The notes: a model not told the origin generated them from the letters alone. Positions 10,418 through 23,646 are shown, counted from the first letter of the whole stretch. The stretch: DNA of 53,166 nucleotides, filler included, from Basidioascus undulatus (GCA_000826855.1; 4 parts of 4 records of this genome joined end to end with filler, not necessarily neighbours in it), one strand, 5' to 3'. A program made the numbers and translations.

Positions 10418-13114
10418 ATGCAGGCTCAGCCTCTCCCGCCCACAGGCGGCACCTTCTCCAACCCCGCGACGGAAGCGCTCCGCTCGCCGGACGACCTCGT
10501 CAAGGTCGCTGCTCTTCGCAAGAAGCTCCTCAAGGAGAAGGCAGCGATCGACGCCAAGCTCAAGAGCGGCGTGGCGGAGCAGCTCGATGCGATCCGCGAC
10601 GGCCTGCGCAAGCTGCAGAGCACGCGCCAGAGCGTGCAGGCTATGCGCGATAACATGGCGGGAATTGATAAGATGGGGAAGGACATGACGAGTGAGATGA
10701 TGGATTTTGGGAAGATTAGCCAGGTGTGTCTTTTATCTTGAGAGCGGCTGCGAAGTAGGGTGGCAGTCCGCACCGAGGGGACGCTGAAGGGAAGGACTTG
10801 GTGTCGCCTAGGTCTCTATGGTCCACCGACATTTCGCCGAGACCGAGGTCATGGTCAACAACCTGCGCGACATGTACACCAAGATCGACGCTGTCGAGGC
10901 GCTCCTCGCCGAGGACGAGGACGACCCGGCGGGGCCGAACCCAAACCTGCTCCGCGTCCACTTTGAGCTCATGCAGCTCGAGGCGTTCCGGAACCAGACG
11001 CTGCATCAAGCCAAGCGCGCGACCGCCGACTCGCGCGCGACCCTCGATCGCTACTTTGAGCGCCTTAACTCGCTCATCGCTCGCTTCGACGCCCACATCT
11101 GCGAGCTGGCGCGACACGTGCTCGATATCGTCCGCGCGGGCAACCCGAGCGTTATCGTGCGGCTGCTCAAGATTGCGGAGGTCGAGGGGAAGGAGGACGA
11201 GAAGGCAGTCGCGATGCGGTTGGTCATGAAGGCGAACACCGATTCGGTGCGATGGATCTGCCCGCACTCACTCTCTATCTATCCTGCACTGACAGCCATT
11301 CCTGCATAGGCCGCCAAGTTCAGGTCGATGCAAGCACACGCACGGACGATCAAGCACGTCCGCCACAAGATCCTCGACAACATCAAGTCGTCGATCTCCG
11401 AGCTCTTCCAGGCGGCGGTCGAGGCGAACGAAGGCAACCCGGCCGCCTTCGTCGATACGCTCGGGTGGTACTACGAGGACCTGATGCAGATCGAGGCGGA
11501 CGTCGTGCCGTGCTTCCCGCCGGACTACAACATCCACGCGACGTACGTCAAGACGTACCACACCGCGCTGGACGCGACGCTGCGCAAGATCGTCGCAGAC
11601 GCGCCCGAGGCGTCAGTGCTGCTCTCGCTGCACGCGTGGGTGAAGCAGTACCCGAAGAACATGAAGGAGCTCGAGGTCCCGCCCGAGTGGCTCGCGCCGC
11701 CGCTGCTTGGCGGGCGCGAGCAGGAGCTCATCGAGGACTACGTTAAGCTCATCGTGCGCAAGCTCGACGAGTGGACGTTCAACCTCATGCGCGACGAGAC
11801 GCGCGAGTTCGTCGAACGCCACCAGCCGCCCGAGATCGACGCGGACGGGCTCTGGGGCACGCAGGGCGCGGTCATCCTCTTCCAGATGATCAACCAGCAG
11901 GCGGACCTCGCGGCGGACTCGGGCCAGGGCGCGGTCCTCGCGCGCGTCGTCTCGGAGAGCAACCGCGTCATGCGCTCCGTGCAGGCAGAGTGGCTCGCGC
12001 TCATCGACGCCGAGGCGAAGAAGCAGATGGAGCGCCCGGACGACGTCCCCGGCGGGCTGGGCGAGTACGTGATCGCGCTCGCGAACGACCAAATCAAGAG
12101 CGCAGACTACACCGAGGCGCTCCTCCAGCGGCTCGAGCCGCTCGTGAGCGAGAAGTACCGCGTGGTGATCAGCGATAAGCTCAACAACGCGATGGACGGC
12201 TTCCTCGACGTCGCAAAGAAGTGCATCCAGACCCTCGTCAACATCATCTTCCACGACCTCAAGCCCGCGACCAAGGCTCTCTTCTCCCCGCAGTGGTACA
12301 CGGACGGCCTCGTCACGCAGATCACCGAGACGATCCGCGACTATCTCGGCGACTACTCGCAACACCTCAACACCTTCCTCCTCGACCTCCTCGTCGACAA
12401 CGTGCGTCCCGAATTCCATTTCCTTCCGGCCTGATCCTCTGACCCAGCTAGCCTCTGTTCCGTATCCAGCTAATCGACGACTTCCTCATCGCCTACCTCA
12501 CCGGCCTGCGGAGATGCAGCAAGCTCAAGATCCCGCAAGCGCTGGACCAGATCCGGACGGACATCGGCGAGGCGTTCAGCCTCTTTGCATCGCTGAAGCC
12601 TGAGGAGGAGATCACGGCTACGTTTGATGTGCGTTTTTCCTCGCATTTCTATCGTCCCTCTACTTTAGACTCACCGAGGCGAGACGCAGGTGCTCGACAA
12701 GGTCCTCTCCATCCTTTCGGCATCCGACTCGATGCTCTACCTCGACTTCTTCTGTTGGTTCCCGCACACACTCGATACACTGGCAGTCGCTGATGACTTG
12801 ACTGTTCCAGCCTTCGCCAAGCAGCACGGTCCGTGCTTGCCGTTCGTCACGGCGCTCATCAAGGCACGAGACGACTTCGACCGCAAGACGTCCAAGGAGG
12901 TGCTTGACACGTTGCAACGAAAGGCAGCCGAAGAGTGCGTCCTCCGTCCTCGTTCCTTTTGCAATCTAGGCGTCTACATGACATTCATTTTCCATCAGGA
13001 ACTTCCCCCAACGTACGCTCACGCTTCTTCTGAAAGTCTCCGAGCGCGCGCTGACTTCCCTTCCCCGCATCAGCCGAAGTCCCGACTATCATGTCCAGAA
13101 TACCAGCCAAGTGA
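10418..13114 (+). CDS. SEC6: Exocyst complex subunit Sec6, multi-exon
   Basis: LRSPDDLVKVAALRKKLLKEKAAIDAKLK, PNLLRVHFELMQLEAFRN, VPCFPPDYNIHATYVKTYH, LEVPPEWLAPPLL, GLGEYVIALANDQ and FVTALIKARDDFDR; long uninterrupted exon at about 11310-12401. Confidence 0.95.
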
Positions 13115-13899
13115 TTTCACACTCGTCGCTTCATACCCACTGTATTCTAGCACATCCCTGCATCATGGCTTTACTGCTGACCAAGCGCGTGAGCGCGAGA
13201 GGGAGTGTGTTCGTGTGCGCCGCGGGTCCACTTTTCGGGCCACTCTCAGTAGAGGTGAGGGATAATGTCGATATAAGGGGGCTTGGGAGACTGGAGACGG
13301 CGATTTAGGAAGCGGTTGGGGGTAACAGGGAGGGAAATGGAGCTGCATTCAGTGGGAGCACCGCGAGCTGCTACCGCTGTCGTTGGTCCGCTTCAGGCTG
13401 TCGCACTGATCCAATGCTAATAAGAAGCGATATTGTTCTCTACTTGATGAACGCCATCAGTGGTGATTGTTGAGGTGCTGGCGGACCGAGACGTCCAGGG
13501 GCGCAGCGTTCCAGACCCATCGTTGCACAATACCGTCGCAATGCTGCAGCGGCGTTGCCGTGTTGCTGGGGATTCACGCAGACAAGACAATCAGATTCCT
13601 GAAGAGGTTAATTCTTGTCAAGATGCATTGATGATCCGTACAGTCGAACGTGGGGTGGATATTCCACGGCAATCCAGTGCATCCAAGACGGGAGAAGAGG
13701 AAAGGGATCGAATCGGCCCAAGAGTGTTTACGTGTCCACCCTGTGTTCTTGACACCACTGAGCCAATAGAAGATCAGCACGCAGCCTGAGTTCGGAGTAC
13801 AAGAATCAGATGAGCCCGAACTCAGGCGCCGCACCTTCTTGTGGTTCGGACGGTCCTGCTTCTGATGTTCCGCCCCAGAATACAACGCGCCCTTGCACG

Positions 13900-14784
13900 C
13901 GCACATACGCACATATGCCTGCACATCTGCCCACAGACCTCGCAGAAAAAGCGGCCCTTCGCGGCGGCGTCGCTGAGCCACCTGTAGATGTTGTCCGCGG
14001 CGCGCTAGGGGAGGGGCTCGCCGAGCGCGCGCGCTGCAGCGCGGCCGACCTGGCACGCGGACTTGCCGAGCAGGCAGCTCTGAAAGAGGAGGCGCGTGGT
14101 GGGGTCCAGTTGCGACGGCGAGTCCGGGGAAGAGAGGACCCACTGCGCGTAGGGCTGCTCTGGGGGCTCGAACATGAAGGGGAGCTCGAAGAAGGGGAGG
14201 GGCTGGATGGAGAGCATTTGGGGCGTTGAGGACAGGAGGATCGGGTGTGGAGGCTGGTTTTGCGGGGGAGTCGGGATGGTGATGATGAGGTTGGAGCGGT
14301 CGAGCCAGAGTGCGTGAAGGGAGAGGTACCCCAAACGCGAATTGATCGTGACCTTTGGCCCGCCCTTGAGCGACCCAAGTACTCGTCGCCGCGACTGCGC
14401 CTTTTCGACTGCGCCTTTTCGAGAGTCGCCTGGTGGTTCTCCGGGTCATCCCAGACAGGAATGAAGACGTCGAAGTCGATCGGCGGGGGGTCATGCCCGC
14501 CCGCGGCCTCGCGAAGAGGTGGCGGAGAAGCGCGGTCGCGATGGCGTGTTGACCCAGCGCAGCGCACGAGCGCTGAGAGCTCGCCTGTGGTGGCAGCAAC
14601 GATGATCTCTCCCGGCTTGAGGCGGTCGGCCATTGCAAGGGGAAGAGGCCGTGACGAGCCCGAAGCAGGAGGGCCAGACCGAGATGTAGTCGCCGAGGGT
14701 GTATTTGCGCGTGCCGTTGGGGTTCTCCGGGACAATCGAGGTGCGATCGAGGTCTATTTGGAGGTTGCTGATCTCGAAGGGCAT
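13900..14784 (-). pseudogene. Hypothetical gene of unknown family, apparently disrupted
   Basis: Coding-like segments MPFEISNLQIDLDRT.., ADRLKPGEIIVAATTGEL..DFDVFIPVWDDP and MLSIQPLPFFELPFMF..IYRWL..FFCEVCG lie in different frames, with an in-frame TAG near 14005. Confidence 0.4.
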
Positions 14785-14959
14785 CGTGAGCACCGCCGCG
14801 AAGGACTCAGAGCAAGAGCAAGGTGTGTTCGAAAAAGAAGAGGAACGAGCGAGCGAGGACGCGCTGAGCTCGCGCGCCCAAATTTCGGCCAAGTCGCACG
14901 CCTGCCGCTTGTCTTCTCCCTTCGTCTTCCCAATCTCTGCCCACCGCCCACCGCCCAGT

Positions 14960-16526
14960 ATGCCCAAGCTCCCGTATCAGGCGCTCGCTGTGCACTCTTC
15001 AGGACTCACAGTCTTTGCAAGCGGCGCACACCTCGTCCTGCTCCTCTCTAACGGTAGGGAGGCGAAGACGCACACGTCCGCGCACAGCGGGCCTGTCCGC
15101 CTCGTTGCGCTCACCTCAGATGGCGCGCACGTCGTCTCTACCGGGGACGATAAGAAGCTGAAGGTGTGGGGTGTTGCTGCGGACGGTGCGATGGAGGAGA
15201 AGAGCGCGCGGTGCGTGTTCCTTTCTCGCTGGGCTTGAGGGTAACAGGCTCATCTCCAAAGTACCGGTCCACAGCGACCTCGTGAAGCGCGCTAACGCCC
15301 TCGCCCTTACTTCCGACGACTCGACTATCCTCATCGCCGACAAGTTCGGCGACGTCTTCTCCTTCCCTCTTCACCCGTCCCCCGCCGCGGCGGCGCCCTC
15401 GACCGCCGCCGGCGAGCCCGCGCCGAAGAAGGCCAAGCTCGCGCAGGAGCCGGTGCTCGGCCACGTGTCGATGGTGAACGCGCTCGCGCTCACGCCGGAC
15501 GGGAAGCACGTCATCACCGGCGACAGGGACGAGCATGTGCGCGTCAGCCGGTTCCCGAAGAGCTATGTCATCGAACGCTTCTGCTTGGGGCACAGGAAGT
15601 ACGTCTCCCGCTCCTCCTCTCTGCCTCCGCCTCCTCATCTTTCTAATCCGGCTAATCTGGACACCCTTCAGATTCGTCTCCGCCCTCCTCCCCCTCCCCG
15701 CGCCGAACCACCCGCTCCTCCTCTCCGCCGGCGGAGACCCGGCGATCCTCGTCTGGGACTACCTCTCGGGGGCGCTCCAGCGCGTCGTGCCCGTCGCGGA
15801 CTCCGTCCTCCCCGGCGTGAAGGTCCGCAGCGTGCGCGTGAACGACAAGCAGCGCCCGCCCCGGCCGCCGCAGGGGAAGAAGGCGAAGGGCAAGAAGGGC
15901 GAGGAGGGGGAGACGAAGGAGGAGGCGAAGGAGGAGCAGGTGCAGGAGGAGAAGGAGGAGAGGAAGGAACCGTACGGGGATTTGATCGTCGCTATCAACA
16001 AGCTCTACCTCTACACGCCCCCCTCGGACCCCTCCGCCCCGCAAGTCCTCTTCACCTCCTGCGGGTCCGTCTCGCCCTCCTCTTTTCTCCTCCCCTGCCC
16101 TTCCCCCTGCCCCTTCCCTGACCTCCCCTCCTCCCCAGATCCTCCAACCTCCACTACCTCCCCCTCACCTCCTTCACGTCCGACTCCATCACCGCGCCGG
16201 AAGTGCAGACCATCGACTTTGCCGCGCCCGTACTCGACTTTGCCGAGCGCGCCGGGAACGTGCTCGTCTCTGTCGATCGGAATTGGGAGGGGCTTGGCGG
16301 AGAGGCGAAGGAGGGGCTGAGGGCGCTGAAGTGGGAGGGCGGGAAGGTGCGTTGCTTGTCTTTATCTCCCTCCCTTATGGAGAACTAGTTGCTGATGCGC
16401 CCACGTCGGACAGTTCGTGGATGCGCCTGAAGAGCCGCTCCCTGCGGTCGCCGAATCAGCATCTATCGAAGGTTCGTCCTCCCCTCTCCCCTCCCTCTCC
16501 TCCATCCCTCCCCTTCCCTTCCCCTC
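14960..16526 (+). CDS. TRM82: tRNA m7G46 methyltransferase WD40 subunit Trm82/WDR4, 3' end lost in gap
   Basis: LVKRANAL..ILIADKFGDVFSFPL, LGHVSMV..VITGDRDEHVRVSRFP..IERFCLGHRKFVSAL and LLSAGGDP..VWD. Confidence 0.92.
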
Positions 16527-16626
16527 NNNNNNNNNNNNNNNNNNNNNNNNNNNNNNNNNNNNNNNNNNNNTTAATTAATTAANNNNNNNNNNNNNNNNNN
16601 NNNNNNNNNNNNNNNNNNNNNNNNNN
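16527..16626. other. Artificial contig linker N44-TTAATTAATTAA-N44
   Basis: 100-bp spacer carrying a six-frame stop cassette, repeated identically three times in the window. Confidence 0.97.
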
Positions 16627-16888
16627 GGGGGGGGGGGCGGACAGACTGGAGGAGGAGGTCCTTCAGATGCGGAAACTGAGTGCGCAGAAGTGTTTCCTTC
16701 TGCGACTTTGAGTTGACGGGCGTGACGGTCTCCATGAGGCGCCGGATCTCGGCCATCTCTTCTGCAACAGAGCCAGTGGACGGCGAAGAAGAGGGTCCCG
16801 CACTCGTGGAGAGCGAAGCGTCGGGGTAGGACCGCGCAAGGGAGGGATGCGCTCGAGGAGCGCGGAGGGCCCGCCGGAGTACGAGCAT
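16627..16888 (-). CDS. First exon of a mitochondrially targeted protein, possibly an ATP-dependent DNA ligase N-terminus; truncated by gap
   Basis: Presequence MLVLRRALRAPRAHPSLARSY, then EIRRLMETVTPVNSKSQKETLLRTQFPHLKDLLL, then an intron-like stretch running into the gap. Confidence 0.45.
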
Positions 16889-19800
16889 GAGCTGAAGGAC
16901 GCCGAGTGCGGAGGGTACGGTAGGAAACGAAGAGCAATACGACAGATCGAGTTTGTTCGACGTTAGTGTAGTGACAAGAAGTGATTGAAGGTGACTGGTG
17001 GTGAGCTTTGCAAAGCGAGTGAAAGAGTGAAAGAGCACAGGAGAGAAGAGAGGGCCGCGACCGCCGGCTGCAACGACGTCAACGCATCGCTCGCTATCGC
17101 AGTCTGACAGCAGCCTTCAGCATGCCTCTCAGCTTTGAGAAAACTTTATGGGTTATTGGTATGTCTTTAGAGGCAGGAAGGAACTTTGATTGAGAAAGTG
17201 CCTAACTCCTCAACTTGCGGTAGTTTGCCAATTCGCTTCGCCTGACGCCGCGACCGCGGCCTCGTTTATTCACTGCCGCCCTGGCAAAGTATTATGCATA
17301 GTCGAGGACAATAGCAGGTGATTAGAAATTGGAGTATTCTTGAAAGCTCCCGAGGCATTGCTACAACCCGGCGTGTGGTCTACACCAGGGGCCGGCCAGA
17401 CTCTTCGTTTCTTCTCAGCCGCACTATCACGCTCACAAGCTATGAATCAGTTCTTCCCATAGTATTATAACCACTCTATATGCCTTAACATTGAATAACT
17501 CAATGACAGCCGCCCAGCGCGACGGTTGAGCGCCTGCGGTGCATGGGCGCCGCATTCCGTCGTGTTCACATCTGTCATTTCTCGCAGGTCGTTTCATTGA
17601 TATCCACTAGTAAGTTGAGATTATTGAAGTTACCTTCAGTATCCAAGCTGACACTTCGGGCCGGACAATGCGCATGTAAGTGCCACGTCTTCGCTGAAAC
17701 TTGAGTTCACCGATTTATTTTGTCCCACCAAAGCGGTACTACACGGGACGATTTGACGTATGCCTCCACGCTTTTGTTCGTCACATACAAAAGACTCAGT
17801 TATAAATCTTAAGAGCCTCGAGAAGTATGCTGAGACTCGAGGAAGGGCTGAGGCGCAAGAGAGAAGAAGAGTCTGAGCTGTCACGGCGAACTCAGTGCAA
17901 CTCTGCACAGCGTTTTAACGTTGGCCTATGGTTGCGCAGGGAAGAGCTCCGAGTGTGGACACCTGTATGGGATGGCCAAACGCCCATGGCATTCTGGCAA
18001 ACGAGCCGTCGAAGAAGTTGACCTTCAACTCCAACCTCACCGTCTTTTGTCCTGCCGACTTTCAATGCACTATCGAAATGCACCCTAAATAATTTTTCAT
18101 CTCGTCATGACGATCCTGTTCTTTATCTTTTCCCTGTCGTAGTTCAGGTGGGTTTTCACGTCCGTGCTAGACTTCCCTCTGTCAAGCGAGTCATAGACGT
18201 CTTTCTAGGCATTGGATATTTCTTTCTCGGTGTTATGTTGATCGAAAAGTGTGAGATCACCCTGGAACTTCATTCCACTGCTAGTTGGCACTAACAATGA
18301 CCGCTTGTCTGGGTATTCGTAGACATCCGAGACCGCTGCTGGGGCTGGGCACGCTTCAGACGGAGCGGCGACCCGGACCAGCCAAGGTGAGGCGTATTCC
18401 AACTCGCTCTCCAGAGAAAACAACCTATGCTTATTTGTGATATAGAAGAGTCTGAGGTGGTTTCGTGTAATGCTTCCAGTCGGTCGTGCTGCTGAACTTG
18501 AGATGGTACGTCTGAAGCGGCGGTCCCGGTCAAGCCCTCTGACGATTATCTCTCGTCCTACAGCTCACAGGACCTCTACCGGACAACGTGATGATCTTGG
18601 TCTTCCGCCTTATCTTTGAGCACCCGGTCTCGCTCGCTCTCTCCTCGTCTGTCGTATCTGGCATCGGCTTGGCATGCGAATCGCCTAATCGAGCTGCGCC
18701 CTCACGCCCTCCCGCCAATACACATCCTTCGCCCTTACTCTCTGCCAACACCCGTTCCTCCTCAGTCTCGCGCTCGATCGTCTCGTCCTGGTCTGCCGCG
18801 AGCTGAGCCTCCTCCCCAAGCTCACATAACTCCTACAAGCCGCTGCGCCGCTCCGGGTACTCGAGTTTCAGCTGCACGACATCGGCTACATTGACAAAGT
18901 CGAGCTGACTAGTCTTGGCGAGAGAATAATGTACGACTTCTCGAGCATGCGACGCAGGAGGGTGGACGAGCTGCAGCACTCCTGGTCTGTCTTTCCTATC
19001 ATATCCGCTTCGCACAGCAACCCCGCCATTATGCAGATCGTAGACGGCCTGACTGGCGCGCCTGGTCTGCAGCGCTTTTCTGTCCGCCTGATGCTTTGCC
19101 AGATACTCGCGACCCCATGCTGAATCGAGGAGGTCGAGAACCGCGGCTGCATGCTCTGGCTCGTTCCAGAACCCGTTCTGACGATCGACGTCGCGTGCTT
19201 GGAGGACTGCAAGGTGCTTGCCGAGGACGGCGGACCCCGCGGCCGGGCTTGGAAACAGGACCAAAGCCGCCAGTTCCGTGTCCGCGTCGCCGATACCGAT
19301 GGCATTCAGGAGCAGCAGCTGCAGCGGGAGCGCGAGGTCAAGGATGCTATGCTGATCGCGGGCTGGGAGGAAGGTGCGCTATTATCCGCCTTCTAAACCC
19401 TGTTCATGAGGACTAACCGATCCTTAATAATTTTGCAGACAGCTGAGGGTTGAGCGGTGCGGGAAGGGGCGACTTGACATTCAGCCTACATCTTGTGCTC
19501 AGCATGAAGATCATTTGCAAATGCTTCACGGTTTACTGAATCACATACGTCTGGTTTTCAACTTCTGGAAGCTCTCCATGCGAGCTGGACCCTGTTTCGT
19601 TTCTGAGGTCGGGACACGCTGAACTGACCTCCTTCAGCTATTCTTACATCCGGACAGAGGCTTGGGATAGCTTGAAGCGAGCCCACAGGCATTCTCCAAC
19701 GTTAAATGACCGCTATTGTCCATCCCATTCATATAGGACCTCTTGAGTAAAGGATACACCCGTTTTGAAGTTCAACTGCCCTGCCACCGGCTCGTTGCTT

Positions 19801-20246
19801 CCGTCTTGGTAGCTCAGCAGACACAAAGACTTTTGCTTGAGTCGTAGAGCTCTTGAGACCCTTGCTGACCAATCAATAGGTTAAAATTTTATCAATCAAC
19901 GGATTGATTCGCATAGACCAGAAAGAAGAAGGGACAAGGCGTCTTTGGTCACTGGGTTCAGCCAGCCGTGTTAAACCAGCTTCCACGCCTCGTTGTCGCA
20001 GCGCCAATCAAATTATCAACCTCGCGGATGGGGAGTGTTCCATTGCATAGATCTAGATCTCTTATAATAAAGCTTTCAAGTAACTTTTTTTTTGGAGAAT
20101 GACCTGCCTTCCCAAGGCGCGGTCGGTCAGAACACCCAAATTAATGTATGAGTACGTTTCACGGCTCGACCCTCGACGCTTCTTGATAACGTGAATGTGT
20201 CCACCGTTGCACTTTCATCCCATCCTCATAGTTCAAACGTGTAAAT

Positions 20247-22155
20247 ATGCCCTCTAAAACCCGGAACAGGCGTCAGCGCAACAAGAACAAGAAGCAGAGC
20301 GGGACTTCGAAGTCGTCTGGAGCCTCATCCGCAGCGCCTCCTCCCCCTTCGTCTTCCGAGAGGAACATGTCGGACCTGGATGACTGGGACGTCGGTGCGT
20401 ATTCTTTTTATAGAGGTCTCGGGGGCGCACAAGTTGGAATTAGTCCGGACTGAAGTGTTTCTTGGGTCGGCTCGATCACACAGAGCAGCTGCAAAGCTTC
20501 TTCGCTGCCACGGGTCTTGGTGGCGCCGGAGTAGGAAGCAGCACCCACCGTGCCCATGCAGATGTACCTTGTGAGTTTTTCGAACCTGCCGAACGCCCGT
20601 TTTTTTGTACAGCTATAGACCAGGGAGCCCTTTATCTAGCTTCAACTCGCTCGTGCTTCTCTTACGTCGACGCCGCCGGGAGCCAGGTCGTTCCTGGAAA
20701 TTGGTGAAGACCGCATGATCGTGCCTGAGAGCGCGATACGTGTCGCGGAGGAGCTGGGCGACATGGAAGCGCTCAATATGGCGCGCTTTATGAAACAGCT
20801 GCCCGATCTCAGCGGTGAGTTCGCTGTTCAAGATTAACAGGGGCCTTACAAGCACTGTCACTGATAGTGTGAATGCGTATGTCCACGGCACGACAGAGGC
20901 CAAGGACAAGGCTTGAGGACTCGCGTAGGGCGGGACTAGTGCCGGACTGTGAGCTTGCGGTTTTCCGCGCCAGGGGGGTTCACCAGACGGTACTGACGGA
21001 CCCACTCAGCAGACAGAAATGGCCGATGTGCTATACTCGTCCGAAGCTGCTGCAGCGTGGGCTAGCAAAGCCTCCTCAGCGCCATCATATGCTCGTGAGC
21101 CTAAGCAGCATGCCTGCATACCCGCTTTCAGATGGCATTCGCTGACAGTTGCCAACCGCAGGCTCTTCATCTCCGTACGACGAGTCCTTGGACGACGACG
21201 CTGCGCAGTCGTGCGAAGACGCCGCATACGACGAGTACCTCCGTACTGGCGACTACCCGGCGGACCTCCTGTACAGAGGAGGACGCGCCTATGCCGACGA
21301 CGACTACAATGGCGCCGAGAGCCTGAACTCGAGCGATATGTCGTCCGAGACTCGTTCCTTGATGGATCCCGACGGGTGAGTTCCAATCGGTGCTCGTGGA
21401 GGCATAGCAAATCAAAGAATGGTTACTGACTGGCTGGTTGGACAAAATCAGCTGGTACTCTGACAATGGTGACGAGTGGGACGAGGAGGTCAGGTTGGAT
21501 GACGAAGAAGGGTATGATCCCGAAGGAAAGGGTGTCTCACTCAGTTACCTCTCGCTCCCTTCCCCATTACCACTCTCCATGTCTGACTTTCCTCCTATCG
21601 GCAGGCCAGCCCTGCCACGCCTTCAACCACGGGCAGTGCGCTCGCGGCGCCTCCTGCCCCCAGCGGCACGCACCCGACGATGCGTCTTTCCGACCGCTCA
21701 AGCATGGCCCGAACGTCTGCCTCGCGTTCCTCGTCCATCCGTCCTGCTGCCCGCTCAGCGCGGCCAAATATTCTTACGCGCACTCCATCCATCACGCCGG
21801 CCTTCCCATGTCCGGCTCTGTCACCGACTTCCTCCAAGCCCTCGAGACGCTCAGCATGACCAACGTGCACGACAGGCGGTGCCTGCGCGGCACGTCCGAT
21901 AGGCACTCGGATCGCGCCTCTCCCGCGAAGGCGAAGAAGTTCCTCGCGCGTCTGAGGGGAGGAGGCGGAGAACGGGGGGGCCGTGGCGGCCCTGAGGGCG
22001 TATAGTTTGGTAGCCGGTGGCGGGGAGTGGGACGGCGGAGGATTGGTGGAGAACATCGGGAAGTTTGGATTGACGACGAGGGAGCGGGAGGAGGAGAAGC
22101 GGACTACAAGGGAGAGGCGGGAGAGGCGGAGGAAGCCAAAGGAGGAGAAGCTTTA
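20247..22155 (+). pseudogene. CCCH zinc-finger protein gene, apparently disrupted
   Basis: Basic N-terminus MPSKTRNRRQRNKNKK, acidic middle, C-x7-C-x5-C-x3-H finger CHAFNHGQCARGASCPQRH and a degenerate second finger. In-frame stops near 20914-20928 and an apparent frameshift at the G-run near 21974-21980. Confidence 0.6.
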
Positions 22156-22519
22156 GGGTGGTTTACAGTGCTTGTTGTACTTCATCTTTCATGACGAGCA
22201 GCGTCCGCTCCAGGCGATGTTGCGAAGTGCAGCCAGCAGTGTTCGGCAGTGGCGCTTGCCAGAAGCTATGTAGCGTCAGAGGCCTGTGAAGCGGCTGCCC
22301 CCCAGACCGCGCCATGCTTTTATGCATGATGTTCCAATTCATGTTCTCAATAATTATAGTATTTGTTAAGCACAATATACACTCCCTTGCTTATCACCTT
22401 CTTCTTTGACGCTTCCCTCCCAGGCCTGGGGGCTCGCTCCACACTTAACATGTGCACGCGACTGTGATCGACTTCCTTGATCCCCTTTCCCTACCATCTC
22501 ACGCCTGCTGCCTAGTTCC

Positions 22520-23646
22520 ATGCTAATAGACCGTCTGATATCACTCGTCTACAACCCGACGCCCTCTCGAGTCTCGCAGCTCCCCCTCGAAATCCACATC
22601 CTCATCGCACACGAGCTGGCTGTTGAGCCCCACCGGGGCGAGTCGCAGTCGCCGGCCAGTGCGCCGGCACATGCACGGGCGGCCCTCGTAGCCTACTCGA
22701 GCGTGAGTCGGGCCCTGCGGAGTATCACGTTCGATCAGGTGTTCAAGTATCTTTACGCGGGACACCCGGAGGACGAGGATGAGCCGGAGCTGGAGGGTGT
22801 GGGAGAGGTGCTGGCTGCTGCGAGGTGCGTCTTCCCTTTCTGGATATGCGGAGGGCGTTGGACTGAAGTGCTCATGGTTGGGGTCTGTACTTGAATCCCC
22901 ACAGGTCCCTGAAGCTCAGCTGCCTCAATGATCGCGTACTCGGTCTACTCCGTCACACTCCCAATCTCCGCGCGCTCGTCCTGACAGGGCACGAACGCGA
23001 CTACTGGTCCTCCATCCTTCAACTCGTCCTACGCGACCTTCCCAACATCTCCGACCTCCACATCTCGATCGAGCTCGAATCGGACTACCCGGACCTGCTC
23101 CGGGCGCTACAGCCGCAGGCGCGTCTCCGCCGCCTATGCTCGCCCGGACGCCTTGTCCTCGGCGCTGCGGTGAACACGCTCTTTCCGAAACTCACAACAC
23201 TCGAACTGCACGGCGAGTGCTTGCGCTGGGTAAGATTCATCACGCGAACTTAGCGAGGCGGGCCGAACGATCGCTCACATCGGCTGCTGTGACAGGACGA
23301 CTTGCGCCACGCAGTGCAGGCTCATTCGAAGCTCAAACTCCTGACACCGGGCGTCGACATCGATTATCCCAGCGCGTCCGATATCGCGAACGATCCGCAG
23401 TCGCTGGATCCGTCGGCCCTGGCCGAGTGGGTTCAGCGAAGAAGACGCCGGCGGAAGAGGGCGACCGAGCAGCTCGCGCAGTCGTGCCCCTCGCTTGAAG
23501 GCGTCTTCTGGCCGGCTGTGCAGACGCCTCGTCCGGAAGTCGACACGTTTGACGTGGGCACGGGCGCAAGAGAACCGTTGTTGTGGTGGATTGAGCGCGG
23601 GGCACAAAGGCCGATTCGGATTATCGAGCCTCGAGGAGGCGCATAG
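22520..23646 (+). CDS. F-box-like / LRR-like protein, 3 exons
   Basis: SQLPLEIHILIAHEL..LVAYSSVSRALRSI F-box-like motif; repeats PNLRAL, PNISDL, PKLTTL and CPSLEGV. Introns about 22825-22904 and 23230-23296 keep the frame. Confidence 0.7.

Noticed and set aside
11268..12419. Long antisense and alternate-frame ORFs over SEC6 (similarly over 1921-2676 and 33556-34625)
   Set aside because: These are shadow ORFs expected from high GC3 codon bias.
16571..16582. TTAATTAATTAA as a biological motif (piggyBac TTAA target, PacI site, repeat)
   Set aside because: It is always centred in 44+44 Ns, so it is an assembly spacer.
17640..19440. Scattered short ORFs suggesting a gene or transposon remnant
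   Set aside because: No recognisable domain, terminal repeats or consistent frame; cannot be supported.
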